Origin: Longimicrobiales bacterium
GTDB lineage: Bacteria > Gemmatimonadota > Gemmatimonadetes > Longimicrobiales > Gaopeijiaceae
Reading direction: 5' to 3'
DNA length: 64,000 bases
NCBI GenBank assembly: GCA_965238005.1
Contig: OZ250165.1
Coordinates: forward strand, 2,752,001-2,816,000
Of the stretch, positions 10,907 through 20,959 are shown piece after piece. Below the pieces are notes generated by a model. It was not told the origin of the DNA, did no database searches, and saw only the letters and a list, made by a program, of their open reading frames with translations. Each line of letters starts with the position of its first letter. The stretch's first letter is position 1. The translations under genes and the position numbers were made by a program.

Positions 10907-11644
10907 ATGGAAGAAGCGGCCGAACTGAGCGACTACCTCCCGCTCTCCTTCACTAGCCCGAGGGAGCAAGAGTACATTGCCTTTCTGTGGGATGCCTTCG
11001 AGACCAACTACACCCACAGCAAGTACCAGTTCGCCTTTCTCGCTTATCACATGCTTACCATGAGCTTCGTCTACTTCAACATCTGGCAGATCAAGATGAC
11101 GGAGCCCAAGAACTTCGCGATGAGCCTCATCGGCTTCGGTAGGGACGTGGAGAAGAACCTGATGGAAGCTACTTCACCCTTCGTTTTCAGCAGCGTCAAC
11201 GAACGCACTATACTGCGGATTCTCAAGCTGATTGACTGCGACAACGGCCAGATCAGCACCTATGCCAGGCTGGTGAACGAGCGCAACCAAATCGCCCACT
11301 CAAACGGTAACATCTTCTGTAGAACTCAGACCTCGTTAGACACCAAGATCACCGAATATATGCGCGTGATTCAAGAAATTCATACTCATTCGAAACCCAT
11401 AATTGAACGCTGTTATCGCAAGTTCTTACTCTCCAGCTACGACCCCGATGAGCGTGAGTACCCCATCGCGTCCGACCAGATTCACGAAGTCCTTATTCAT
11501 GGAAACTACATGTCTCAAATGGACATTGAGTTTTGTCTAGAACACGATCTCTCTGACCTTTATAGACGTGGTGAAGCCGCCCAGATTGAGATTCTTCACA
11601 ATTGCCTACAAACCGCATACGGGATGGAGAATGAACCCGTATGA
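10907..11644 (+). CDS. Hypothetical protein with HEPN-like motif, co-operonic with type I R-M
   Basis: Starts 3 bp after hsdMS stop; RNQIAH. Confidence 0.7.
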   Translation: MEEAAELSDYLPLSFTSPREQEYIAFLWDAFETNYTHSKYQFAFLAYHMLTMSFVYFNIWQIKMTEPKNFAMSLIGFGRDVEKNLMEATSPFVFSSVNERTILRILKLIDCDNGQISTYARLVNERNQIAHSNGNIFCRTQTSLDTKITEYMRVIQEIHTHSKPIIERCYRKFLLSSYDPDEREYPIASDQIHEVLIHGNYMSQMDIEFCLEHDLSDLYRRGEAAQIEILHNCLQTAYGMENEPV

Positions 11645-11789
11645 CACTCTTCATTATATTGCTATTTGCCAAATATGCCATGCTAGTATAGCTGAAAAGA
11701 TCCGGATTCTTCCCCGAAAGCTCGGCATGCTCGTGGTGAGTCCCTTGGCGGGAAGCTACGCGTGGCGAGGCAGTGGACGTTCGCGTCGT

Positions 11790-12150
11790 GCGAAGCGTGA
11801 CGAGGAGCTGCACGGCACCTACAGGGTGCCTCGAAGTCTATGCGGAGGTGGTGGCCAGTGGCTGCCGGTAGGTCGCAAACGGGTGGCTCGTCTGATGCGC
11901 GAGGTGGGCTTGGTCTGGGTGAGCCGGTGCCGGACCGGGTCGAACGCCAGTTCCAGGCCGACGAGCCGGACCGGATCTGGCTGACCGACACTACCTGCGT
12001 GCCAACCTGGACCGGGTTCGTGTACCTGGGGTGACCGATTACGGGAGGGGCTCGCTACGGCTGACGCCGGGAGGCGCGACGGCGTTGCAGAGCGATCTGT
12101 CGATGGCGATGGCAGCGGCTGGAACGCGCGGCACCCTGCTCGGCTCCGGG
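11790..12150 (+). pseudogene. IS3-family transposase remnant
   Basis: GRKRVARLMR and PDRVERQFQADEPDRIWLTD..GFVYL in different frames; limits approximate. Confidence 0.8.
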
Positions 12151-12239
12151 AGCGCGGGCGGGTTCGGCCCTGGCATTGAAGGCGGATGCGCTCTCGGTGG
12201 GCACGGCTACGAAGGGAGTGGATGGCCCCACGGGCCGTC

Positions 12240-12390
12240 TTGTCGGCGCGGATGCAGCGTTTTCCAGAGTTCGGAGTGGGTTCGCATCCGGTAGCTGTTG
12301 CCGCGGATGTCACGATGTGGCAGTGGTGAAGCAGTCGGTCGATCAAGGCGGCGGCCATGATGTCGTTGCCGAATAAAACCCGAAACTCTA
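12240..12390 (-). pseudogene. IS21 helper ATPase IstB C-terminal remnant
   Basis: FGNDIMAAALIDRLLHHCHIV then frameshifted SYRMR; limits approximate. Confidence 0.8.
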
Positions 12391-12431
12391 TTGTTGAGAG
12401 CATTGGTACCGTTTGGCCGAAGGGACTCCCC

Positions 12432-13217
12432 ATGCCTGATCGCAGCGCAATTGAGTGGACGGACGCCACTTGGAACCCAAGCACCGGGTGCACCCGGGTC
12501 TCAGCGGGTTGCGATCACTGTTACGCTGCCCGGATGTCCGTGCGGCTTACGGCTACCTACCGGTCGCGCCTCCCCGTTGTGAACGACGCCGAAAACCGCC
12601 GTGATCCCTTCGCGGTGCGGCTCTGGCCGGAGCGTCTCTCGATTCCGGGATCCTGGAGAGCACCGCGGCATGTCTTCGTCAACTCGATGTCCGATCTGTT
12701 CCACAGGGACATACCAAAGACGTTCATCAGGAAGTGCTTTGAGGTCATGCTGGAGGTGGACCGGCATGTCTACCAGATCCTGACGAAGCGTCCCGCGAGG
12801 GCGGCCAAGTTTGTAGCCCGGAACGCGGACCTGCTTCCAGAGGGGTTGCCGGAGCACATTTGGATCGGGACCTCGATTGAGGACCAGTCGGCGGACTACC
12901 GCGTGCGTCATCTAATGGATGTGACGGCAAAGATCCGTTTCCTCAGTTGCGAACCACTGATCGCGCCGCTCGACCTCGGCGCTTTCATGAGCGGCCCGTC
13001 TGATCTCCACTGGATCATCGTCGGCGGCGAAAGTGGACCGGGTGCCAGGCCCATCAACCCAGAGTGGGTTCGCCTCCTCCGGGATCAGTGTGTGGTTGCC
13101 GGCATCCCGTTCTTCTTCAAGCAGTGGGGGGGGACCACTCCGAAGGCTGGCGGGCGCGAGCTCGACGGTGGGACGTGGGACCAGTATCCCCGCAGCGATG
13201 CTCTGGCGGTTCCGTAG
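12432..13217 (+). CDS. DUF5131 (phage Gp37/Gp68) three-Cys radical-SAM-like protein
   Basis: IEWTDATWNP, GCTRVSAGCDHCYA, FVNSMSDLFH, LTKRP, GGESG, FFFKQWGG. Confidence 0.93.
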   Translation: MPDRSAIEWTDATWNPSTGCTRVSAGCDHCYAARMSVRLTATYRSRLPVVNDAENRRDPFAVRLWPERLSIPGSWRAPRHVFVNSMSDLFHRDIPKTFIRKCFEVMLEVDRHVYQILTKRPARAAKFVARNADLLPEGLPEHIWIGTSIEDQSADYRVRHLMDVTAKIRFLSCEPLIAPLDLGAFMSGPSDLHWIIVGGESGPGARPINPEWVRLLRDQCVVAGIPFFFKQWGGTTPKAGGRELDGGTWDQYPRSDALAVP

Positions 13218-13253
13218 GGCTCTGTCCCTCCTCACAACAGGCTTCCAGCACTG

Positions 13254-14369
13254 TTGCCGAAATCGAAACTCTGGAAGCGCGAGCGGCACACCGAGGGCAA
13301 GCACCTCGTTCTGAGGTCGTACCTTCAGGCGTGGCTGCCAATCATTGGCAGATGGAACAAGCGAATTCTCTTCATCGATGGCTTTGCAGGCCCGGGGGAA
13401 TACGAGGGGGGTGAGGAGGGCTCGCCGCTCGTGGCGATGCGGTCCCTCGTTGAGCACGCGTCCAGCCATGCGATCAACGCGCAGGTGGTCTTCTTCTTCA
13501 TCGAGAAGGATCGAAGTAGGGCCGAACACCTCAGGAAGCAGGTCGGAGGATGGCGTTCTAGATTGCCGGAGAGGGCTGAAGCACATGTGATCGAGGGCGA
13601 GTTCGATCGTTCGATGACGGAGCTCTTGAACGAGTTCGACGAGCAGCGGAGGGCTATGGCCCCAGCCGCCTTCGTGATGATCGATCCGTTCGGAGTGAAA
13701 GGCACACCGATGGAGGTGATTCGCCGCATACTAGGTAATCCCAAGTGTGAGGTGTACGTCACGTTCATGTGGGAGCACATCAACCGTTTCTTGCGTGAGC
13801 GCGAATTTGAGCCTCATCTGACCGACCTTTTCGGTACTGAGGAGTGGAAGGCTGCGTCTGTGTATGAACTCGAGCCCGACCGGCGTCGGATCTTCTTGTA
13901 CGGGTTATACGAACGACAGCTTCGAGCCGCGGGCGCCAAACAGGTCGTGCACTTCGACCTATACAAGAAAGATCGCCATGTCTATTCGATCTTCTTCGGC
14001 ACAGGGCATCATAGAGGATCTGATCGCATGAAGGAGGCGATATGGAGGGTTGCGCCCTTCGGCGATTTCGCCTTCCGGGGTCATGACCAGCTGATGCTGG
14101 GGGTCGCCCCAGACGATACGCCCCTCCGCGAGGGGCTACTGCGACAGTTCGGCGGCACGGGGTGGGTGTCGATCGAAGAAGTCTTGGAGTTCGTTGCTTC
14201 GGATGCTACCGACTTTCACACCGGACAGGTCAGGAAGCTAGCCCTCAAACCCATGGAGAAGGACGGGCTGGTCGAAGTTGACAAGTCGACTAGGAAACAG
14301 CGATGGGCCTACCCAAAGGGGTGCAAGCTCCGGTTCGGCAGTCCAGCTTCGGGCACGTTGCAGACTTAG
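13254..14369 (+). CDS. tcmP: Three-Cys-motif partner protein (SAM-dependent MTase-like + wHTH)
   Basis: HT..KH.VL..YL.AW, IDGFAGPG, GSP, IDPFG; adjacent to DUF5131. Confidence 0.88.
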   Translation: MPKSKLWKRERHTEGKHLVLRSYLQAWLPIIGRWNKRILFIDGFAGPGEYEGGEEGSPLVAMRSLVEHASSHAINAQVVFFFIEKDRSRAEHLRKQVGGWRSRLPERAEAHVIEGEFDRSMTELLNEFDEQRRAMAPAAFVMIDPFGVKGTPMEVIRRILGNPKCEVYVTFMWEHINRFLREREFEPHLTDLFGTEEWKAASVYELEPDRRRIFLYGLYERQLRAAGAKQVVHFDLYKKDRHVYSIFFGTGHHRGSDRMKEAIWRVAPFGDFAFRGHDQLMLGVAPDDTPLREGLLRQFGGTGWVSIEEVLEFVASDATDFHTGQVRKLALKPMEKDGLVEVDKSTRKQRWAYPKGCKLRFGSPASGTLQT

Positions 14370-14739
14370 GTTTGTGCGACCTTCGCTCGGACTCTCCGAA
14401 GTGCCCGAGCGAACCGCGCGCGGATAGGAATGGCGACGCGGGCGGTGCTCGAACAAGCGGAGGTGCTACCCGCTGGCTGGGCGGCGTGACACCGGGTCGG
14501 TTAGGCACGGGCGGTACGGATCGGAGCATCGCCGATCCCACGTTCAGCCGCTCGACCTTGGGCGCGTGGACGCGTGACAATCCGGGCCGACGCGTCCGTT
14601 CACGGCCACGGAGGGCCGAGGAAATCCGTTTCGTCCCGGTGGATATAATGGGGGGCAGAGCACCGTCTCTAAATACATAACTCGTTTATGGCAAACGCTT
14701 TGCGTCCCTACCCGAGGCAGTCCGTAGGGATCCATGGCT

Positions 14740-14832
14740 GGGAGCGACCCCCCGGCGGAGGGTGGCATGGGCGTGCACATGCCAGCCCTCCCCGATGCCG
14801 ATCGAGGCATCCCGAAAGGGGGGGTCGCTCCC
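14740..14832. repeat. Structured element, subtype X
   Basis: Terminal IR GGGAGCGACCCCCC/GGGGGGTCGCTCCC with two internal hairpins; homologous to 48771-48860 and 55030-55122. Confidence 0.8.
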
Positions 14833-15009
14833 TTCTTCGGCCGGGAGCTCCGGAGCGGCGTCGCCGCTCCGGCGGCTGTGCCGCAACTGCAAGACAGCCA
14901 GGCACATAAGGGAGCGCTGGCGCGCACATGAAAATGGCGTTTCGGTGCACATGCACCCCGTTGTCTGATGTGCACTCGCCGATCAGCACCGACGCTCGCC
15001 GATCCGCGT

Positions 15010-15945
15010 TCAAAATCCGCCTCCAGGGAGCCGTCTCGAGCGCCATGTCGCGAAGCCGTGGATCATCGTTCCTGGAGTCGAGGATCGGTGGAGGTCGTTC
15101 AGCTCGACGATCCGCTTGAGGCAGGCCTGCAGGTCGCCATACTCTTTGAGCACCCGGTCATCCTTCTTGCGGATGGCCTGCTCGATTCGGGCGATCTCGC
15201 GGCGGGCCGCACTGTCGGGTTCCGGAACAGCGGAGGGGCCGGATGCTGTAGATGTGTTGGTCCAGTTCTCGAGGATCGTCAGGGCCCGCTGCAGCTCCCT
15301 CACGGTGCGGACGACGGCCACGACCTCGATGGATCGGCCGCGCTCCCGCAGCGCTTCCCAGAGGCCGCGATGTGCCACGGCCCAGGAGCGTAGCGCCGTC
15401 GTGGTATCGTGTCCGGGATCGACGTAGACGAACACGGCGCGCTCGGCTTCGAGCGCGACCGGCAGCTTGACTGGGAAGTAACGCCGCGTGTTCCCGGCGG
15501 CTCCCCGGTAGAGCCGCGAGGGCAGGAGCCGGCGCTCGATGCCGAGCGCCTCGAACGCGCCGACCTTCTCGGACTCGGTGGGGAGCCACGGCAAGCCGGT
15601 GTGCTCGAGCACGTAGTCGAGCGAGAGCAGGCGCCGCAGGAGCACTTCATCGGAAGCGATCCGGCGGTGGCGGATGTCCTCGGCCCCGAGCGCGCGGTAG
15701 ATCCCGCGCCCGCAGATCCGGCAGACTTTCCGGCCTTCCAGTGTCTCGTCGGCCGCCAGCCTTCGCTCCGACATGGCCCGGACGAACCGAAGAGCCTGCC
15801 AGCGATCGATCCGTAGATAGGCGGAGAGCTGGGCGCGGGTGAACACGCCGCTGTGGAGACAGGCCAGCGCGATCCATTCGGCCTGGCGTCCCGTCCAACC
15901 GAATGGCTCGAGCGCCCTCTCTCGCCCGGCGAGATGGGCGATCAT
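15010..15945 (-). CDS. Uncharacterised last gene of the T4SS operon ('gene X')
   Basis: ATGA overlap with virB8 stop; paralogous to 49330-50304 and to fragment 48368-48595. Confidence 0.8.
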   Translation of the reverse strand: MIAHLAGRERALEPFGWTGRQAEWIALACLHSGVFTRAQLSAYLRIDRWQALRFVRAMSERRLAADETLEGRKVCRICGRGIYRALGAEDIRHRRIASDEVLLRRLLSLDYVLEHTGLPWLPTESEKVGAFEALGIERRLLPSRLYRGAAGNTRRYFPVKLPVALEAERAVFVYVDPGHDTTTALRSWAVAHRGLWEALRERGRSIEVVAVVRTVRELQRALTILENWTNTSTASGPSAVPEPDSAARREIARIEQAIRKKDDRVLKEYGDLQACLKRIVELNDLHRSSTPGTMIHGFATWRSRRLPGGGF

Positions 15946-16358
15946 CGCGGGGCTTCCGTGACCAGGGCCCGGTCGGCCTGCAGGTAGGTGATGAGGATGC
16001 CCATCGGGTTGTAGACGACGAGCTCGGAGGGGATGACGGTGAGGAACGTGAACCGGAGCGTGATCGACCACCGTTCCCTCAGGGTCTCCTGCCCCTGCCT
16101 GAGGTGCACCAGATCGAAGTCGGCGGTCGCGCCGTGCGGCGCCTCCGGTGCGGGGTGGATGCGGAGCACGACCTGCTCGACCTGGTGCTCGGTGTCGGAG
16201 GTGCCGGCCGCCATGGCGGCGACCTCGGCGCCGTCGCGCGTGAACGCGGCGTTCGCCAGCTCGGTCGAGAGGAACCGGAGGCTCCGCGTCCAGTGCTCCT
16301 CGACCGTGGCCTGGCGCCTGGAGTAGAAGTCGGCGATAAACCGGTTCAGGAAGAACTT
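15942..16358 (-). pseudogene. virB8: VirB8/TrbF C-terminal part
   Basis: FLNRFI..FY, NPMGILIT motif; continues the N-terminal part at 38152-38427. Confidence 0.85.
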
Positions 16359-16521
16359 TGCCGATGACGTTCCAAGATAGCCCGTAACGACCCGTAGTGA
16401 CCCTATAACCTCTGAAACTACAGCGTTTTGCGTTACATAGGCTGAGTCGATTCGTCTATTGCCGTGCCGGGACACCTATTGTATTCTCTCTTGTATAGTG
16501 TACTATCAAGTGATCCACAGC
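16341..16521 (-). other. att end of element C (integrase-proximal)
   Basis: Core TTCCTGAACCGG (16341-16352, minus) equals 38416-38427; GCTGTGGATCACTT (16508-16521, minus) equals 38480-38493. Confidence 0.75.
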
Positions 16522-16534
16522 ACGGGAGAATACG

Positions 16535-17689
16535 ATGACACGGCGACCGGCAACCCTTACTGCCGCCTTCGTTCGGACGGTGAGCAAGCCCGGCGTTTAC
16601 GGCGACGGACGCGGCTCGCGCGGCCTGAGCTTGCGCGTTCACCGGATGAAGAGCGGCCGGCTATCGCGCACATGGAGGCAACGGTTGCGCGTCGCGGGGC
16701 GGCTGACGACGACCGGGCTCGGCCGGTATCCCGAAGTCTCGTTGGCGGAAGCCCGGCGCAAGGCCATTGAGAACGCGCGGGCCATCGGCCAGGGTGTGGA
16801 CCCGCGCGGCGGCGGCGTCCCGACGTTTCGCGAAGCCGCCGAAGAGACGATCCGGCTACACGCCGAATCGTGGAAAGCCGGCTCGCCGCTCCCCCGGGAA
16901 TGGCGCTCGACGTTCAGGCTGTACGCCACGCCGATCCGGGACAAGCCGGTGGACCGGATCACGTCGGGCGACGTGCTGGCGTGTCTCCGGCCGGTATGGA
17001 ACGTGAAGCCAGCCGCCGCGCGGAAAGCCCGGAACCGGCTCCGCGTGGCATTTCGCTGGTGCGTCGGACAAGGCTACATCTCGACGAATCCCGTGGACCG
17101 CGCAGTGGCCGCGCTCCCGAAGGTCAACGGCAACGGCACGACGCACCATCGCGCGCTCCCGCACGGTGAGGTTCCGGACGCGCTCCGGCGCATTCGGTCG
17201 GCCAACGCCCCGGAATCCGCGCGGCTCGCCGTCGAGCTGATCGTCTTGACGGCGGCGCGCTCCGGCGAAGCGCGCGCCGCGACGTGGGATGAAATCGACA
17301 CGGCGGCGAAGGTTTGGACGATCCCGCCGGCGAGAATGAAAGCCGGCCGGGAGCATCGCGTGCCGCTGTCCAGCGGCGCGCTCGACGTGCTGCGGGGCGC
17401 CAGCGAGCTTGCCGGCGATTCGCCGTTCGTCTTCCCGATGCGGGCCGGCCGCGCGCTGTCCTCGAAATCCACTTACCGGGTGCTCCAGCTGGCCGGTGTC
17501 ACCGGGACGACGCTGCACGGTTTCCGAACGTCGATTCGTGTCTGGATGGCCGAAACCGGCGTGGACCGCGAGACGGCGGAAGCCGTGTTGGCTCACGTCG
17601 TGCGCGGCACCGAGGGCGCGTACATGAGATCGGACCTGCTGGCGCGCCGGTGCGAAGTCATGCAGGCATGGAGCGACTATGTCGCATAG
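16535..17689 (+). CDS. P4-like tyrosine integrase (element C)
   Basis: Arm-binding N-terminus (GLGRYPEVSLAEAR), TAARSGE, HGFR, LAH, AY. Confidence 0.93.
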   Translation: MTRRPATLTAAFVRTVSKPGVYGDGRGSRGLSLRVHRMKSGRLSRTWRQRLRVAGRLTTTGLGRYPEVSLAEARRKAIENARAIGQGVDPRGGGVPTFREAAEETIRLHAESWKAGSPLPREWRSTFRLYATPIRDKPVDRITSGDVLACLRPVWNVKPAAARKARNRLRVAFRWCVGQGYISTNPVDRAVAALPKVNGNGTTHHRALPHGEVPDALRRIRSANAPESARLAVELIVLTAARSGEARAATWDEIDTAAKVWTIPPARMKAGREHRVPLSSGALDVLRGASELAGDSPFVFPMRAGRALSSKSTYRVLQLAGVTGTTLHGFRTSIRVWMAETGVDRETAEAVLAHVVRGTEGAYMRSDLLARRCEVMQAWSDYVA

Positions 17690-17943
17690 TACGCGGAAGG
17701 ATGGACCAGGGTGGCGCTCAACGTAGACGACGTGTTCATGGGACTTCGACCCCGAACGGCCGTCGGTCGAGTTGCCGGTATCGCCGAGCAAGATTGAAGC
17801 CGATGAGCGGGTCCGCGCCCGGTCCAATGATCCTGCTGGAAGGCCGCTTGCTTGGCCCATCGAGACACGCTCGCCCGAATCTCCTATAATCAGTGCGACA
17901 AGTCTGAGAGGACAGTACGTTCCGGGCCTTGGACATCCCTCCG

Positions 17944-18040
17944 GAACGGATGACGCCGCATGGCTTCCGAGCGATGGCGCGCACCATTCTGGACGAGGTG
18001 CTGGGCTTCCGGCCCGACTTCATCGAGCACCAGCTGGCCC
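17944..18040 (+). pseudogene. Integrase C-terminal fragment
   Basis: MTPHGFRAMARTILDEVLGFRPDFIEHQLA. Confidence 0.75.
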
Positions 18041-18260
18041 AGCGGGCGATCTGGTTGAGGTTGTTGCCGATGCGCGCGATCTGCCGAGTGCGCTCGCGCT
18101 CGATGGCCCGTGCCGGCGCGGTCCACGTTCGCGTCCGCGCCATCGCCTGCCGGAGCAACTCGGACGGCGACACGCCAGCGGCCGCCGCCTTGTCCTGCCA
18201 GGCGGCATGCTCCGCTGGCGTGACGCGGGCGGCGACCGTGACGGTGCGGCGCTCAGACAC
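18036..18260 (-). pseudogene. mobC: MobC/MbeC relaxosome protein, C-terminally truncated
   Basis: RHH-like N-terminus and RIGNNLNQIARWA; breaks at the integrase fragment. Confidence 0.85.
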
Positions 18261-18373
18261 GGGCGCACCGGCGACGGGGTTCGGGTGGCGGCGCCTCCGG
18301 CCCGCCGACTGCCTCGGCAGCGGCGCGGAAGGCTGGGGGTTCTAAGGGGGGCGCAGCGTCCCCTTGCCAGGCC

Positions 18374-18403
18374 GCAGTGTTAAACACTGCGTGGGCTGGC
18401 TTA
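18374..18403 (+). other. ColE1-type oriT-like site
   Basis: IR GCAGTGT/ACACTGC + GTGGG + CTGGCTTA, directly upstream of mobC. Confidence 0.75.
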
Positions 18404-18432
18404 CGTCCCTTACGTGCCTCCCGTGCGACCGG

Positions 18433-18605
18433 CAAACTCGTCCGCCGACGCTTGGAAACCTGCGCCGTCAACATCTCCATACCCGTACATTGAGGAGCCC
18501 GGTTTAGGCCGTGTCAACGACGGGCAGAGTGGCGATGTCCCTAGAGTTCCAGCCACGTACTAGAGGCGGACCCGGCTCCGCCAGCGGACGCTTGAGCTGC
18601 TCCCG
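18433..18605 (+). repeat. ~170 bp diverged repeat copy 2
   Basis: Aligns to 4636-4807. Confidence 0.8.
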
Positions 18606-18643
18606 GAGCACCGGAGGAAGAACCTCCTTCGCGGTCGGCCGAA

Positions 18644-19615
18644 GTGCGTTCTATTCAGGGCGATGGCAGGGTGAGCGCCAGAGTTATGATACCCGGCTGT
18701 CGTGCCAGCACTCGGTCACGTCCGCGCCTCCTACGTACCGTCACAACCTCGCGATTCCGCGGCACGCGGCACTACCCCGACGTGCGCTGGGGCACCTACC
18801 GCCAGATCCAAGCCCGGGGCGGCCAAGTCAGAAAAGGCGAACAGGGCACCCGCATCCTCTCCTTCCAGGACCACCGGCGGATCGCCGTCAACGACGAGCG
18901 CGGCCGGCCCGTCACGGACAACGAAGGCAAGCGCGTCTACCGCTACGAGCGGATGCACGCGCCTGTCGTCCGGCAGTACACCGTCTTCAACGCCGGGCAG
19001 GCCGACGGGCTGCCGGCCCGGCCCGCGCCCGCTGCCGAGCCGCTCTGGAAGGTGCACCAGCAGGCCGAGCAGGTCCTCGAGGACGGAGGGGTGCCCGTCC
19101 GTCACGTGGCGGGGGACCGGGCGTTCTACAACCTGAACCGCGACGAGATCGTGCTCCCCGAGCGTGGACAGTTCCCCTCCGCGAACCACTACTACCAGAC
19201 GGCGCTGCACGAGCTGGGGCACAGCACCGGCCACCCGGAGCGCATGAACCGCGCAACGCTCGTCCAGGGGATCGAGGGCGGGTTCGGGTCGCCGGCCTAT
19301 GCGAAGGAGGAGCTCCGCGCGGAGATCAGTGCCATGATGACGGGCGAGCGCGTGGGCGTCGGCCATGACCCGAGCCGGGGCGCCGCGTACGTCGAGGGCT
19401 GGATCCAGGCGCTCGAGGAGGACCCCCGCGAGATCCGCCGCGCCGCCGCCGACGCGCAGAAGATCTCCGACTTCGTGCTCGCCCGAACCCGCGAGCGTGA
19501 GCCCGAGCGCGAGCCGGCTCCCGTGGCCGCCACCCGCGCTCCCTCCCGAGAGCCCGCCCTCCGGCCGGAGCGTCCGCTGCCGCTCCCGACCCGGAGCTTC
19601 GGCCCGCGCCGCTGA
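18644..19615 (+). CDS. ardC: ArdC-like antirestriction ssDNA-binding/zincin protein, probably 5'-truncated
   Basis: RWGTYRQ...GGQVRKGE, YTVFN, ALHELGHSTGH, YAKEELRAE; homology apparent only from ~18770. Confidence 0.85.
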   Translation: MRSIQGDGRVSARVMIPGCRASTRSRPRLLRTVTTSRFRGTRHYPDVRWGTYRQIQARGGQVRKGEQGTRILSFQDHRRIAVNDERGRPVTDNEGKRVYRYERMHAPVVRQYTVFNAGQADGLPARPAPAAEPLWKVHQQAEQVLEDGGVPVRHVAGDRAFYNLNRDEIVLPERGQFPSANHYYQTALHELGHSTGHPERMNRATLVQGIEGGFGSPAYAKEELRAEISAMMTGERVGVGHDPSRGAAYVEGWIQALEEDPREIRRAAADAQKISDFVLARTREREPEREPAPVAATRAPSREPALRPERPLPLPTRSFGPRR

Positions 19616-19638
19616 CGTCGAGGACGGAGCCCTAGGAG

Positions 19639-20526
19639 ATGTTCGACCGCACGATCGGATCGGACCCGCGTCCCGCCGCGCCGCAAAGCCCCGCTACCTA
19701 CCGCATGCGGGACGGCCATCGCCGAGAATACGACGCGAGCCGGGACCGCGGGTCCACCTCCTTCCGCGAACGGTGCCGTGGGGCGCTCGCCGACATCGGC
19801 ATCTACGGCGCCGTCTCCGTCCGCGATCTCGCCGAGGCCCGCTTCGGCGGCCATCCCTACACCACGCGGCGGGCCGTGAACGCCTGGACCCGCGAAGGGC
19901 TCGCCAACGAGTCCACGGCCAAGGGACCAAAGGGAAGGCCGTTCAAGGTACTGACGCTCACGCGCAAGGGAGCGGCCGCCATCCGCGACCTGGACGCCGG
20001 GCACGGCCTGGACCCCGGACAGCACATAAGGTCCGCCGCTCGTCTCCTCCAACACGCCCAGCTCGCGCACGACACGGCCATCTACCGGGCCTGCGGCCGC
20101 GAACGCCAACGCTTGCTCGAGCGGGGCGCCGCCATCCGGCGCGTACGGCTCGACGGCGAGCTCAAGAGCGCTGTCGCGCGCCGGAGCGAGTCCGCGCGTG
20201 CGAGAGACGGTCGCCGGGCCGCGGACGCCGAGCGGCACCGCGCCGCCCGGGAGCTGGAGCTCCCCATCGACGCCCGGGGCCGCGTGCTCTACCCCGATGC
20301 GCAGATCGAGTACACCGACGCCGAGGGGCGCACCGGACGCGTCAACATCGAGGTCGCATCGGGCAACTACCGGGCTCGCTCCATACGTGCCAAGGTGGCC
20401 GCCGGGTTCCGGATGCACGCAAACGGGCCGGCCGGAGCGCGGGTGCTTAGGGCGCTCGGCTGCGAGGATCATGGCTCCTCCCTACGGGGCCCGGCCGAGC
20501 GGGACCCGGCCGCGATCGAGCTCTAG
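19639..20526 (+). CDS. wHTH + PD-(D/E)xK-like protein (Replic_Relax-like)
   Basis: LAHD...YPDAQIEY...VNIEV pattern; GGAG RBS; family assignment tentative. Confidence 0.6.
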   Translation: MFDRTIGSDPRPAAPQSPATYRMRDGHRREYDASRDRGSTSFRERCRGALADIGIYGAVSVRDLAEARFGGHPYTTRRAVNAWTREGLANESTAKGPKGRPFKVLTLTRKGAAAIRDLDAGHGLDPGQHIRSAARLLQHAQLAHDTAIYRACGRERQRLLERGAAIRRVRLDGELKSAVARRSESARARDGRRAADAERHRAARELELPIDARGRVLYPDAQIEYTDAEGRTGRVNIEVASGNYRARSIRAKVAAGFRMHANGPAGARVLRALGCEDHGSSLRGPAERDPAAIEL

Positions 20527-20535
20527 CACACCCCC

Positions 20536-20850
20536 ATGCAACCCTGGCGTATCAGCGTAGGCCTCAGCGCCGCACTTGTCGGCTCGGGCGTCCTCCTCAC
20601 CGGGTCGCGCCTCGAGTATCTCGCGCCGTTCTGGCCTGTGATCCTGGCGGACCACGGCGTTCCAATTGCCTTGCACCTGGCATTGGCGCTGGCCGCCGTC
20701 TTGGCCGCCCTCTACGCCGTCGCCCGAGCCGCAGGGCTCGCCGACTTGGGACGCCGCGTCGATCTCGTCGAGCGCTCCGTCCGGCGAGGCGAGGGCGATC
20801 CGGAGCTCGCCCGTGCGCTCAAGAGCGACGCCGAGGGCGACTGGGACTGA
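20536..20850 (+). CDS. Small membrane protein
   Basis: Two hydrophobic segments; 9 bp after preceding stop. Confidence 0.6.
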   Translation: MQPWRISVGLSAALVGSGVLLTGSRLEYLAPFWPVILADHGVPIALHLALALAAVLAALYAVARAAGLADLGRRVDLVERSVRRGEGDPELARALKSDAEGDWD

Positions 20851-20959
20851 ACACAGACACTTGTGGGGGCTGGACGCGTCCCGGGAAGACTCACTCCCGA
20901 TGTGGACCGTCTCAGCAGCGTTGCTGCCCGTCTGCACGGATGTCGCACGAGGACCTCCG

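Noticed and set aside
15946..16071. N-terminal extension of ORF 15010-16071
   Set aside because: Overlaps virB8; the ATGA-coupled start at 15945 matches the paralog
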